Translations under genes and position numbers: made by a program
Source: Verrucomicrobiaceae bacterium
GTDB taxonomy: Bacteria > Verrucomicrobiota > Verrucomicrobiia > Verrucomicrobiales > Verrucomicrobiaceae
Assembly: GCA_044340175.1 (NCBI GenBank)
Contig: JBIIUD010000001.1
Coordinates: 1 to 24,769 of the forward strand
DNA: 24,769 nt
Direction of reading: 5' to 3'
The notes under the pieces: model-generated
Database searches by the model: none
What the model saw: only the letters and a program-made list of their open reading frames with translations
What the model was told of the DNA's origin: nothing
Shown here: in pieces, positions 1 to 9,106 of the stretch
Layout: every line of letters begins with the position of its first letter
Position numbering within the stretch: position 1 is the first letter of the stretch

Positions 1-1848
1 ATCGCGGAACAGTGCTGTCTGCAAAAAGGCGGCGTCCGAATGCAAAAACGCAAACACCTCTGCGCGCTCTTTTTCAGCCTTTGACTCCAAAGCCCACCAT
101 GCCAGCAGCGGCAGATGCCCACTCGAGTCCTCGACGGCAGCCCCCCACAATATCGGCAGCGCATGCTCCGCTTTCAATTTCTTCGCCGTTGCTAACAGTT
201 GTGCGCGCACCTCGAGATGCGGCTCGGTTTTTGCCAACGCGCCTAACTGAGAGGCCTCACTCCGTTGCTGTTCGCCCACCATCTTCACCGCCCACCGCCG
301 CAGATACGGATCAGCGTGCTGTAGCGGAAGTTCCTCCACTGCCTCCAGCGCCTCCAAAGCCCAGAGCGTTTCCATGGTCAGCGGCAGTGCCTTGAGCTTC
401 GGGATCAACGTCTTCATCTGCCGCCACCCAATTTCCAGCACCGCCTGCTTCCGGAACCACTCGTTGGCGTGGTTCAAGTAACCGAGCAAGTCTTCACCGC
501 TGGCTTTACTCAAATCAAAGGGCTTGAGTTTGGGGGCGCCACTCGCAGGCCTCACCCGGTAAACTCGACCGCTTGTCTTGTGCCAATCATCGATCGGACG
601 CACGTGGCTCAACCGTGTGTCATACCAGTCCACCATGTAGAAGCCGCCGTCGGGGCCCACACCCGACCACACAGGACGAAACCACCGATCTGGTGAGGAC
701 ATCAGCAGTTCTTCATCCTTCGTTTTGAATGACGATCCATCAGACATCCGCTCACTCACGTAGACAATGTTAGCCAGCGAGTTAGGAGCGATGATTTTCC
801 CCTCATACGCGCTGCCCAGTAGGCCACCCTCATAAATCGTGAAGGCTTGCGGAAAACGTTTGTTATCCCCCTCATGCTTCATGTGCTCGAAGTAACCGAA
901 CGCATAGGGATTGGTCAGAGGCCCGTGCTTGCCCCAGCCCTTGATACCATAGCTACCCTGCTCGTAATGCATGCCCCGCGTGTTGCCATTGTTGGTGCCA
1001 GAAAACACCCTCCCTTTGCTGTCGATGTCCAGACTGAACGTGTTGCCACCGCCCTCCGCATAGATCTCAAACAGCTTCTTTTTCGGGTGATAGCGCCAGA
1101 TGCATTGTCCCTCCCATTTCACATTTTTACTGTTCGCACTGCTGACATTGCCTGTCGTCGTGCTGCCATTCGCCCCATATAGCCACCCGTCCATTCCCCA
1201 TTGCAGGCTGGTCGCCACACTATGGGTGTCTTCCAGACCAAACCCGCTGAGTTCGACCACCGGATCCCCTTCCGGCAGTCCATCTCCGTTGGCATCCTCG
1301 TAGCTCAGCAGATAGGGCGGGTTCAAAACCCAAATGCGGCCACTGCCCGTCAAGGCCGCACTGGCGATGTTCAATCCAGTGATGACATCTGTGTGTTTGT
1401 CGAAGTCGCCATCGCCATCGGTATCCTCAAACATGGTGATCTTGTCCGCGCCTTTCTCACCCCGTGGCGGTGGCAGCGGCACCTTGTCAAACTTGGCCCG
1501 CAAGTGGGAGTCATAGCTGACAATTTTGAGCCCCGCCGGAAACTGATACTGGCGGTATTGTGTCACCCACATGCGACCCTTGGAATCCCAACTCGCATAC
1601 AAAGGCTGCTCCACAGCGGGTTCCGCCGCCATCAGGTCCACCGTCAAATCCGGACGGACTTGAAATTGCTTCACCGCCTCTTCGGGAGAGGTGGGCGGCG
1701 TGTCATCGGCCAGGGTGCCACGGCCACTGAAAGTCTCGATCACTTTTTGGACTTGGTCCGTACCGGCAATGGCCTGAGCGTTGGACTTGGGTTCCACTGA
1801 CCACGCAGGTCCGCAGACGGCAACAAGCAAAAAGCAGCGTAACTTCAT
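1..1848 (-). CDS. PVC-type heme-binding CxxCH / membrane-bound dehydrogenase-domain protein (beta-propeller plus HEAT-like repeats); 3'-truncated by the window edge
   Basis: Missing from the ORF track because it runs off the left edge. Manual translation from the ATG at 1848 gives MKLRCFLLVAVCGPAWS (signal-like), then AEPAVEQP..WDSKGRMWV, EDTDGDGDFDK, LQWGMDGWLYG, DRWFRPV..GPDGGFYMVDWYD and later HLPLLAWWALE, all typical of this family. No stop was seen in the stretches translated. The CxxCH motif itself lies outside the window. Confidence 0.88.
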   Translation of the reverse strand, partial: MKLRCFLLVAVCGPAWSVEPKSNAQAIAGTDQVQKVIETFSGRGTLADDTPPTSPEEAVKQFQVRPDLTVDLMAAEPAVEQPLYASWDSKGRMWVTQYRQYQFPAGLKIVSYDSHLRAKFDKVPLPPPRGEKGADKITMFEDTDGDGDFDKHTDVITGLNIASAALTGSGRIWVLNPPYLLSYEDANGDGLPEGDPVVELSGFGLEDTHSVATSLQWGMDGWLYGANGSTTTGNVSSANSKNVKWEGQCIWRYHPKKKLFEIYAEGGGNTFSLDIDSKGRVFSGTNNGNTRGMHYEQGSYGIKGWGKHGPLTNPYAFGYFEHMKHEGDNKRFPQAFTIYEGGLLGSAYEGKIIAPNSLANIVYVSERMSDGSSFKTKDEELLMSSPDRWFRPVWSGVGPDGGFYMVDWYDTRLSHVRPIDDWHKTSGRVYRVRPASGAPKLKPFDLSKASGEDLLGYLNHANEWFRKQAVLEIGWRQMKTLIPKLKALPLTMETLWALEALEAVEELPLQHADPYLRRWAVKMVGEQQRSEASQLGALAKTEPHLEVRAQLLATAKKLKAEHALPILWGAAVEDSSGHLPLLAWWALESKAEKERAEVFAFLHSDAAFLQTALFRD

Positions 1849-1925
1849 CCCTTTATAACGTCATGAAAGAAGCCGGTTTCTTGCCGGGATGTCACGGGTT
1901 CCGGTACTTTTGTGCAGGAGCTTGG

Positions 1926-3314
1926 TTAAGCCTTCAAATCCAACGCCTGTAGAATGAGGTCATGCACCTCAAAGTTGCGCAGGAAAGCCGGAAAGCGTTG
2001 GCTCCCTGGGCCATAAGCGCAGAACTCCACAAGCTCGCCCGTATGATTACCACTGGTCCAGCCAACACCCGTGTGGCTCTTGATGATGTCGGGCCAAGCA
2101 GCCTTCAGCCCCTGGGCTAACTTGATTTCTTCCGGCAAGAGTTCCAAGCCCGTGAACTGCTTCAAAGCCACCCCCAGTTTTTCTCCACTGAGACCATCAA
2201 CGCCATTTTGCTTCAGCCATTCAAGCGAGCGTGAAAAACCCTGCAAGCGATCAAAGTAGTGGTTGCTCGCGTTGTAAAGGCCCGGTCCAAAACCCTGGTC
2301 AGCCTTTGCGCTGACACCGTTCATTTGGATGCCCCCGCAGCCATGATCCGTCGTGATCATCAGCAGTGTGTCGGGATGCTTTTCCACAAACGCGAGCACC
2401 TCCCCAATGGCATCGTCGAAGGCGATCTGGTCATGAACCGAAGCCGCCGCATCATTGGCATGCCCCGCATGATCAATGCGAGCGCCTTCAATCAGCAGAA
2501 AAAAACCATCGGAAGCCTGACTCAAGCGCCCTAGAGCAGCACGGCTCATCTCCGCGAGCGTTGGCACTTGCTCAGCGATTTTTTCCACCTGATTCCGGTC
2601 CAGACTGAAAGGCATATGGCTATCGGAGAAGAGTCCCAGCATGGGCTTCAGGGCCTCATGACTGGCGTTCATCAGCGCACTGCGCCGGGTAAACACGTCA
2701 TAACCCGCCATTCCATACTGTGCTCGCATCGCCTCGCTGAAAAACTTTTGCCCGCCTCCCAGCAACACATCCACGCGCCGATCCAGATACTGTTGGGCGA
2801 TGCCTTCCTCATCGGCTCGACTGTCCACGTTGGCGGCAAAACCTGCGGGCGTGGCGTGGGTGATGGTCGCGGTTGTTACCAGTCCCGTTTTGCGGCCGGA
2901 CTTTTGCAGCTTCTGGTGCAACGTCGTCACTTCCCCCCCCTGCGGCAAAACATTCAGCACGCCGTTGTTAACGCGTTTGCCTCCACCCCACGAACTGGCC
3001 GCCGCCGCCGAGTCCGTCACACAACTGTTCGCGGAAAAAGTCTCCATCAAACTGCGCACCACGGGTCTCTCACGGTAGAGCGTTATCCAATGAGGTTCTT
3101 TTTGCAAAACTGCCCCCTGATACTGCCGTGCTAGTGAAAGCGCGCCATGGTTCATGCCATCGCTCACCATCAAGATCACGTTGCGCGCCGTTCCCGCGTT
3201 TTCTGCGACTTTCCGAGTCTCTGCCGAGGACAACGACCTTTCAGCACCAAAGAGAGCGCTGGTCAGCACTGAGGCGCGGAGAAAGTGTCGGCGGGATGTT
3301 TGGAGGTCGTTCAT
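1926..3314 (-). CDS. phoA: Alkaline phosphatase (PhoA family) with a Tat signal peptide
   Basis: ILMVSDGM, TDSAAAAS (catalytic Ser), THATPA..DSR, IEGARIDHAGHAND, TTDHG and HTG metal/substrate motifs. SRRHFL twin-arginine motif if the start is the ATG at 3314; the track's longest start is 3347. Confidence 0.93.
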   Translation of the reverse strand: MNDLQTSRRHFLRASVLTSALFGAERSLSSAETRKVAENAGTARNVILMVSDGMNHGALSLARQYQGAVLQKEPHWITLYRERPVVRSLMETFSANSCVTDSAAAASSWGGGKRVNNGVLNVLPQGGEVTTLHQKLQKSGRKTGLVTTATITHATPAGFAANVDSRADEEGIAQQYLDRRVDVLLGGGQKFFSEAMRAQYGMAGYDVFTRRSALMNASHEALKPMLGLFSDSHMPFSLDRNQVEKIAEQVPTLAEMSRAALGRLSQASDGFFLLIEGARIDHAGHANDAAASVHDQIAFDDAIGEVLAFVEKHPDTLLMITTDHGCGGIQMNGVSAKADQGFGPGLYNASNHYFDRLQGFSRSLEWLKQNGVDGLSGEKLGVALKQFTGLELLPEEIKLAQGLKAAWPDIIKSHTGVGWTSGNHTGELVEFCAYGPGSQRFPAFLRNFEVHDLILQALDLKA

Positions 3315-3567
3315 TGGGTCAAAGATGGGAAAGCAAGAAGCCCTCAAGGCTCATACACCAAAACGCGGTTCTCGTCTGTGTCATTTCCGGCATTTAAATC
3401 ACCCGCAGTTTATTGGGACTCGGCGTTTCAGAGTTCAGTCGGACCTCAAAAATGAAGCTTCTGCTGCTACCTTAGAATAAGCGGCAGAGGCACAGGCAAC
3501 GACCTACTCAGCAAAGCAGTCGCAGTGAGCTTCGCCTTTCTGTTTGGCAGCCCCTCAGGACAAATTA

Positions 3568-3590
3568 CGTCTAAACTTATGCTTTAGACG
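3568..3590. promoter_or_regulatory. Perfect 8-7-8 inverted repeat, candidate operator
   Basis: CGTCTAAA-cttatgc-TTTAGACG in the intergenic region between the divergent phoA and ORF 3768. Confidence 0.4.
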
Positions 3591-3767
3591 ATAAAGCATC
3601 AATTTATTGCATGTACGCAGACCCACATTGCACGAATTTATCGATGATGCACGTTTCCCATGGCATAGCGATGGACAAATGGTGCCTTACACCTATTCTT
3701 CCATCACAATTCGATGCCATTTGCGAGTTACTGAACCGAAGTTGATTGCGATCTTGAGCCACAGCCT

Positions 3768-4253
3768 ATGCCACACAGAAATACTGGAGGGCGTCCACCC
3801 AAATACAACGAACCGAGTCGGCCCGTAACCGTGACACTGCCGGAGAGTACCTTGCGCCAATTGGAGCAAATCAGCCCCGATAGGGGACTAGCCATTGTTA
3901 AACTTACCAACCATCTGAAGGCAGACAAGGTCAGTTCTTCACGAGTGGAAATCTTGGATGTCGGGCGCAAAAGCGGTCTCATCATTGTGGGCCCTTGCCC
4001 AGTACTATCAAAAATACCTTTCCTTCACCTTGTTGAAGTCGCTCCCACACGCTTTCTCCTGGCGGTTGACAGCGAGCAGGACTTTGCCGCACTGGAGTTG
4101 GCCATTCAGGATCTTTTGGATTCCAAAGAGCCCAATCCACAAGATGAGCAGGAAATCCTTGACGAATTGCTTTCAACCATCCGTCATCTGCGACGCAATC
4201 GCCAAACGAGCCATGCTGAGATTCTTCTGGTGAACTTGCAAAACTCACCTTAG
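3768..4253 (+). CDS. Hypothetical protein, putative ribbon-helix-helix-like DNA-binding protein (paralog A)
   Basis: 161-aa ATG ORF beginning GGRPPK..SRPVTVTLPESTLRQL..DRGLAIV. Gapless alignment to ORF 4470-5000 with 62 of 157 identities (hand count) supports a real gene. Confidence 0.8.
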   Translation: MPHRNTGGRPPKYNEPSRPVTVTLPESTLRQLEQISPDRGLAIVKLTNHLKADKVSSSRVEILDVGRKSGLIIVGPCPVLSKIPFLHLVEVAPTRFLLAVDSEQDFAALELAIQDLLDSKEPNPQDEQEILDELLSTIRHLRRNRQTSHAEILLVNLQNSP

Positions 4254-4469
4254 GCCACGGACACCCTCCTTAGCCATTCTCCGATGCGCACTGACACGGC
4301 AAACGGCCAACTGTCGTCAGTTTCGTGTGTTCTTGCAAATGAGGCAGAGGTTAACGAATCACAATCATAAAACCAAATTTATTCTCATTTCTATGGAGAT
4401 AGTTTGCCGCCGAAAGATTGCTTCGCTCTGTTCCTCGCAAGTAATCATGATCTCGCTTCACCTCAGTCC

Positions 4470-5000
4470 ATGCCCAATCAAACCAGAGTCGGCAGACCCG
4501 CCAAATTTGAAACTCCTAGGCGGGCTGTGACCATCACCCTGCCTGAGTCCACATTGAAACTGCTGCAGAGCTTGGATGAGGATCGCAGCATCGCCATCGT
4601 TCGTGCTGTCGATACCGCTCAATCACAGCATTCCGATCGACTGCCTATCGAGATTGTCCCCGTGGGACAACATAACGGTCTGATCCTCACCGTTTTTGTT
4701 TCCGCGTATTTCAGAATTCCCTTTGTAAAACTCGTCGAAGTGGAACCGGGTCGCAATTTCATTGCTTTGGATCCAGGCCATAGCATCGCTGACCTAGAAA
4801 TCGCCATCACTGATCTTGTCAACGAAGGGGAAGAACTCACGGAACGGGACAGGTTACTGATGGAAACCCTGCTAGCAATGCTTCGAAAATTAAGAAAGTC
4901 GGACAAAGTACGCATGGCTGAAATTCTCTTGGTCAATTTGGGGTCAATGCCACCGGAACAAGCCCTCCGGTCAAATACTGAGAATAATCTTATCTGTTAA
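4470..5000 (+). CDS. Hypothetical protein, putative ribbon-helix-helix-like DNA-binding protein (paralog B)
   Basis: Start placed at the ATG at 4470 (MPNQTRVGRPAK) because it aligns exactly with the start of paralog A; the track gives 4404. Shares TLPESTL, IPF..LVEV.P.R and AEILLVNL with paralog A. Confidence 0.8.
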   Translation: MPNQTRVGRPAKFETPRRAVTITLPESTLKLLQSLDEDRSIAIVRAVDTAQSQHSDRLPIEIVPVGQHNGLILTVFVSAYFRIPFVKLVEVEPGRNFIALDPGHSIADLEIAITDLVNEGEELTERDRLLMETLLAMLRKLRKSDKVRMAEILLVNLGSMPPEQALRSNTENNLIC

Positions 5001-5065
5001 TTAATATAAACCATTGATTTCGCATCATTTCCCCGTAAGAATGGCTGGTCGCACCGCCTCCTTTG

Positions 5066-7144
5066 ATGCATATCCACTCGGATTCAAATTCGAAACTGCA
5101 CCCATCTTCGGCTTGGCGTCGCGCTGCGGCAGGCTTTCTCGCTCTCCCCTTAGCCACCCAAATCTTGTGGGGAATCTTGTTCGTCAGCGGCCTCTTCCTC
5201 CTTGAGTATTTTGGTGACTTGAAGCGTCCAAGTGACACTTCATGGTTCAAGGACATCGCCGCAAACCAAAGGCATAGCTTCAAGACCTTTCTCAACGTGG
5301 GACTGTGGTATGGCACGTTGATTCATCTACTGCTGATCAGTTGTCTGCTTGGAACCGTGCGTTGGTGGGGGAAAGGCCAACCAGCCAAGTATGTGATCAC
5401 GCTTGGCCGATCCAGTCAGCGCTATGACAAGGCGTTCTGGATACTCCTGATGATTCTATGCATCAGCGCAGGCATGCTGCGATGGCCGAAAATGAGTTTG
5501 TCTTATTGGGGAGATGAAGGCTGGGCTATCGCGCCCTATGTTTACGGCAAGCATGTGCCAGTTGACCCTGCAGAACCCCAAGGGGCGTTGGTTCACAAGC
5601 CGGTTTCCTGGACAAACACCGCATTCGACGACCGCACCTGTGGCAATCATTACCTCTTTAGCTTGGCACAAAGGGCCACTTTGACGACTTGGCGCTGGTT
5701 CAGGAATCTACCGCCTGACGCTTTCGACGAAACCATCTCACGACTACCCCCTTTCGCTGCCGGACTGGCTTCCTTGGTTGCCTTAGCAGGAATGTTACGC
5801 TGGCTTGGGCGACCGATCGCTGGCCTAGCCGCAACTGCCCTGATGGCCCTCCACCCCTGGCACCTGAGATACTCAACCGAGGCTCGTGGGTACACCATGA
5901 TGCTGTTTTTCCTCATCGTTTGTTGTTGGTTAGGATTCATCGCATTGCGATCAGGCAAGTGGCGTTGGTGGCTCTCCTTTGGGCTGGCCGAGTTTTTGTG
6001 CATGTACTCTTGGAAAGGCGTGATGTACCCACTGGCAGCAGCCAACATAGTGCTTCTCATGTGGATCTGTTGGGGCAAACTCTGTCAAACTCAAATGATG
6101 TCCACCGAGAGTCGCGCCGGAACGGCATGGCGCTGGCTGGTAGCCAACGTCATCGCCGCAGGCCTTTTCATCAACCTTGTTTATCCCTGTCTTCTCCAGG
6201 TTAAAGATGCTAAAGAACACTTGATCCAGCTTTCAGGTCGCCCCATGGGCCGGCTATGGTTAGACAACTCCATCAGCGGTATCTTCACGGGCATGCCTTG
6301 GCACATTGAGGAAAAGGAAAACCCGACCGAAGTGGTTCTCAGTCAACAACTCAAAATCCGCCCGTTGCAAACAAGCGCTGAGCTAGTTGCCCTCGCTTCG
6401 CTTCTCGCTTTAGGTCTGATCGACATGGCAAGACGTCAACCGTGGCTCGCTACAATCAATTTGTCTTTCTATATCTCAGCCATTTTTGGCGCTTGGTTTT
6501 TCCGTTATGTCATTGATGCAGAATGGATATCTTGGTACTTTCTCTTTCTTATCTTTCCCCTTTCCTTTCTGGCCAGTTTAGGAGTTGATTCGCTTTTCCA
6601 GAAGGCGAAATCGTTCTGGAATTCGCGCGCAAACTCGCATGCCATCCGTCACCGTTCTTGTTCCTTAATGGCCATCGTTTGCGCGGTGCTTGGATTCGCA
6701 CTTCCTGCCTCATTCGCGACCCTGACACACCCAGCATCAGCACTCATGTGTCATCAAGCTTACGAGGACCATCGCGGTGCTTTTCAAATCACCCGAGGTC
6801 GCCATGAGACGCTCCATGATAAAACACCTTCCAAGGTCTGGACTGTTTACCTTTGGCGCTACATCACTCTGTATGACCCCCGCGGAGATACCCATGTCAG
6901 GAGAGCAAACGAACTGCACAAGCTCATCGCCGAAGTAGAACGGCAAAAGGGGGAGCTCTACGTCATTGTGGGCCACCGCCAGTTGGCTCGCTCGATTAGC
7001 ACTGGCATCATGAACATGGTCGAGCACTCGGGCAAATTCCACCATTTGCAAACCTTCTGGGCACCCGAGGAACTCCATTGTCTGCACTGTTACAAGTATC
7101 AGCCGCAGGCTCCGTTGCGAGCGACGCCACCATCGGAACAGTGA
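5066..7144 (+). CDS. GT-C fold membrane glycosyltransferase (PMT/GT39/ArnT-like)
   Basis: Polytopic hydrophobic protein with SYWGDE (acidic pair after a TM helix), RLP and HPWHLRYSTEARGY motifs. ATG at 5066; the track starts at the TTG at 5063. Confidence 0.85.
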   Translation: MHIHSDSNSKLHPSSAWRRAAAGFLALPLATQILWGILFVSGLFLLEYFGDLKRPSDTSWFKDIAANQRHSFKTFLNVGLWYGTLIHLLLISCLLGTVRWWGKGQPAKYVITLGRSSQRYDKAFWILLMILCISAGMLRWPKMSLSYWGDEGWAIAPYVYGKHVPVDPAEPQGALVHKPVSWTNTAFDDRTCGNHYLFSLAQRATLTTWRWFRNLPPDAFDETISRLPPFAAGLASLVALAGMLRWLGRPIAGLAATALMALHPWHLRYSTEARGYTMMLFFLIVCCWLGFIALRSGKWRWWLSFGLAEFLCMYSWKGVMYPLAAANIVLLMWICWGKLCQTQMMSTESRAGTAWRWLVANVIAAGLFINLVYPCLLQVKDAKEHLIQLSGRPMGRLWLDNSISGIFTGMPWHIEEKENPTEVVLSQQLKIRPLQTSAELVALASLLALGLIDMARRQPWLATINLSFYISAIFGAWFFRYVIDAEWISWYFLFLIFPLSFLASLGVDSLFQKAKSFWNSRANSHAIRHRSCSLMAIVCAVLGFALPASFATLTHPASALMCHQAYEDHRGAFQITRGRHETLHDKTPSKVWTVYLWRYITLYDPRGDTHVRRANELHKLIAEVERQKGELYVIVGHRQLARSISTGIMNMVEHSGKFHHLQTFWAPEELHCLHCYKYQPQAPLRATPPSEQ

Positions 7145-7257
7145 TTTTCAGTGAGTTAAGAACGACCTATTGTATAGGCTATCTTGGCAAGTTAAGGCAT
7201 CGCCTAGCCTCGCTGATATTCGCATCATAGAACCTCCGCTCGATTCTTGAATGAAAG

Positions 7258-8142
7258 TCATTGCCCCTTCCCAATCAGGGTGGTGAACTCTGCGTAGTTT
7301 CTGATGTAATCCTCGGGATCGTAGTATTCAGATGCAAACACCATCAAAGTGCTATCGCTCGTGTGTTTGTACTCGGTGGCCCAAATCATTGGAGGCACGT
7401 AGATCCCAAGGGTGGGCCGATCCAGAAGGATTTCTTCCCGCTGTTGCCCATCATCAACGACGACCGCACATGACCCCCGCACACAAATCAAGAATTGCTC
7501 ACACTCACGGTGAGCGTGCTCACCCCGGATGCGCGCATTAGGAACATCAAAGGTGATGAAATAGCGGAGAGGCCGAAAAGGGATGGTTTTCTCAAATTCA
7601 CCCACCGTCAGATTCCCCCGAGGATCACTGATGAATGGAAGCTCAAAAAGGCGTACCCCACGCACGCGACAAAGCATGCCCAGTCCTTGAACGGCGGGCG
7701 TTGCTTGGGAGGCCGTCTTGACAGCCACACTTGCACCCCTAAACCCAACCACCTTGGCTGGATTCCCCGCGACGATCGCGTATGGCTGGACTGAATTCAG
7801 CACGACGGAACCAGGCTCCACCAACGCTTGCTCACCAACGGTCACTCCTGCGGCCAAAGTCGCGTTTCCTCCGATTTGGCTCCCCCGGCAAATCAGGGTA
7901 ACTGGCGCGCCGTTCGTGTTTCGAGGGCGCACGAATACCACATTCGCGCCGATCTCAACTCCGTCCTCAATCGCCACATTTTCATGCAAGATGACACCTC
8001 CTTCGATGTGTACGTCAGCACCCACCACCGCGCCTTTGTGAACAAAGCAATGACTTCCAAACGAGCAGCCAAAACCCACCTGCGCTTCCGGCGAGATTTC
8101 AACGAACGGACCTTTCTGAATCTGAAGTACTTGCGTGGTCAT
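7258..8142 (-). CDS. WxcM-like bifunctional protein: N-terminal hexapeptide (LbH) acetyltransferase-like domain plus C-terminal FdtA/QdtA cupin sugar 3,4-ketoisomerase
   Basis: Hexapeptide repeats ending in AIVAGNPAKV, followed by DPRGNL..RGEHAH..EQ (two-His ketoisomerase motif)..VFASEYYDPEDYIR. Confidence 0.9.
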   Translation of the reverse strand: MTTQVLQIQKGPFVEISPEAQVGFGCSFGSHCFVHKGAVVGADVHIEGGVILHENVAIEDGVEIGANVVFVRPRNTNGAPVTLICRGSQIGGNATLAAGVTVGEQALVEPGSVVLNSVQPYAIVAGNPAKVVGFRGASVAVKTASQATPAVQGLGMLCRVRGVRLFELPFISDPRGNLTVGEFEKTIPFRPLRYFITFDVPNARIRGEHAHRECEQFLICVRGSCAVVVDDGQQREEILLDRPTLGIYVPPMIWATEYKHTSDSTLMVFASEYYDPEDYIRNYAEFTTLIGKGQ

Positions 8143-8152
8143 CTCAGGCTTA

Positions 8153-9106
8153 TCATCTGGTTGGAATGTGCTGCAGCCGGTGCCGGATCAATGCTTGAGG
8201 CTTCCCGGATACAGTCATGTAAGCACGTCCGAGGTACTCACCTATGACCCCCAGCATGATCAGTTGCGCCCCTGAAAAGACGAACACAGCCGCCATCAAG
8301 GAAGCCCAACCGGGAGCGCGAGTCCCAAGAATCAGCAGTTCCAATATGACCAGGAACAGAACCATGAGGCCTGTCACACACAGCGCTCCTCCAAGCATGC
8401 TTGAGACTCTCAGCGGCATGATGCTGAAATTGAAAAACATATTCATCCAGAGCCTCACGAGTTTTTGGAAGGTGTAGCCACTCGTGCCTGTGTGACGCTC
8501 CTCATGAAGCACGAGTCGTGTTTCAATTCTTTGGGTCGCACCCAGGATCAACCCATCAATGTAGGGATAAGGGCCGGAATAACGAGTGACATCCTCAACC
8601 AATCCTCGGCGCAACGCCCGGAAACTGCACAGGTACAACTTTTTTGGCTTACCAAGTAGCCAACTCGCCACCTGATTCGTCATGGAACTGCCCAGATTGC
8701 GAAACCAATGGTGCTTCTTTTCCTCATACCGCCCATACACCACATCTGCCTTCGATTGCTTCAGATGTTCAACCAGCTTTAAGGCCTCGCTGACCGGATT
8801 CTGCAAATCATCGTCAAGATTGACCACGAACTCACCACTGGCCTGACGATAGCCCTCCAGGACAGCGGCATGTTCGCCAAAATTCCGTGCTAGATCGACA
8901 AACACAACGGGGATCGGCATGTTCTTGATGAGTTCCGGAACCCTCTCACCGGTGCCATCGGGACTGCCGTCGTTGACCAGGACTAACTCAAAGCTGAGGT
9001 CTGTTTTGAGATCTTTGAAGGCCTGCAATAAGGGCTCCAATGCCTGGCCTGTATTGTATAGCGGCACTACAAAACTCACTTCCGGAGAGACGGCATTTTC
9101 AGACAT
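8153..9106 (-). CDS. GT2 polyprenol-phosphate glycosyltransferase (ArnC/GtrB/DPM-like)
   Basis: VVPLYN, LVNDGSPDGT, RNFGEHAA and NLDDDLQNP motifs plus two C-terminal TM helices. The ATG at 9106 overlaps the upstream stop by 8 nt. Confidence 0.92.
   Translation of the reverse strand: MSENAVSPEVSFVVPLYNTGQALEPLLQAFKDLKTDLSFELVLVNDGSPDGTGERVPELIKNMPIPVVFVDLARNFGEHAAVLEGYRQASGEFVVNLDDDLQNPVSEALKLVEHLKQSKADVVYGRYEEKKHHWFRNLGSSMTNQVASWLLGKPKKLYLCSFRALRRGLVEDVTRYSGPYPYIDGLILGATQRIETRLVLHEERHTGTSGYTFQKLVRLWMNMFFNFSIMPLRVSSMLGGALCVTGLMVLFLVILELLILGTRAPGWASLMAAVFVFSGAQLIMLGVIGEYLGRAYMTVSGKPQALIRHRLQHIPTR

Noticed and set aside
12-1800. Plus-strand ORFs 12-395, 469-696, 847-1182 and 1201-1800
   Set aside because: Antisense shadows of the edge-truncated minus-strand CxxCH-family gene, which has recognisable motifs.
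1867-1882. Near-palindrome AAGAAGCCGGTTTCTT between phoA and the CxxCH gene
   Set aside because: Short, imperfect and single; cannot be distinguished from chance.
3374-3404. Possible Pho box upstream of phoA (GTGTCAT..)
   Set aside because: Only one partial half-site, with no 11-nt direct repeat.
3481-3545. GCACAGGCAA..GCAAAGC resembling a c-di-GMP-I riboswitch
   Set aside because: The GNRA-capped P1 stem and the downstream conserved elements could not be found.
4280-4325. CTGAC..GTCAG hairpin between the twin genes
   Set aside because: Modest stem with a large loop, and no counterpart downstream of paralog B.
7166-7210. Small CCTAT/ATAGG hairpin and TTGGCA-15-TAGCCT between convergent genes
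   Set aside because: The stem is too short for a terminator and the spacing is wrong for a sigma70 promoter.
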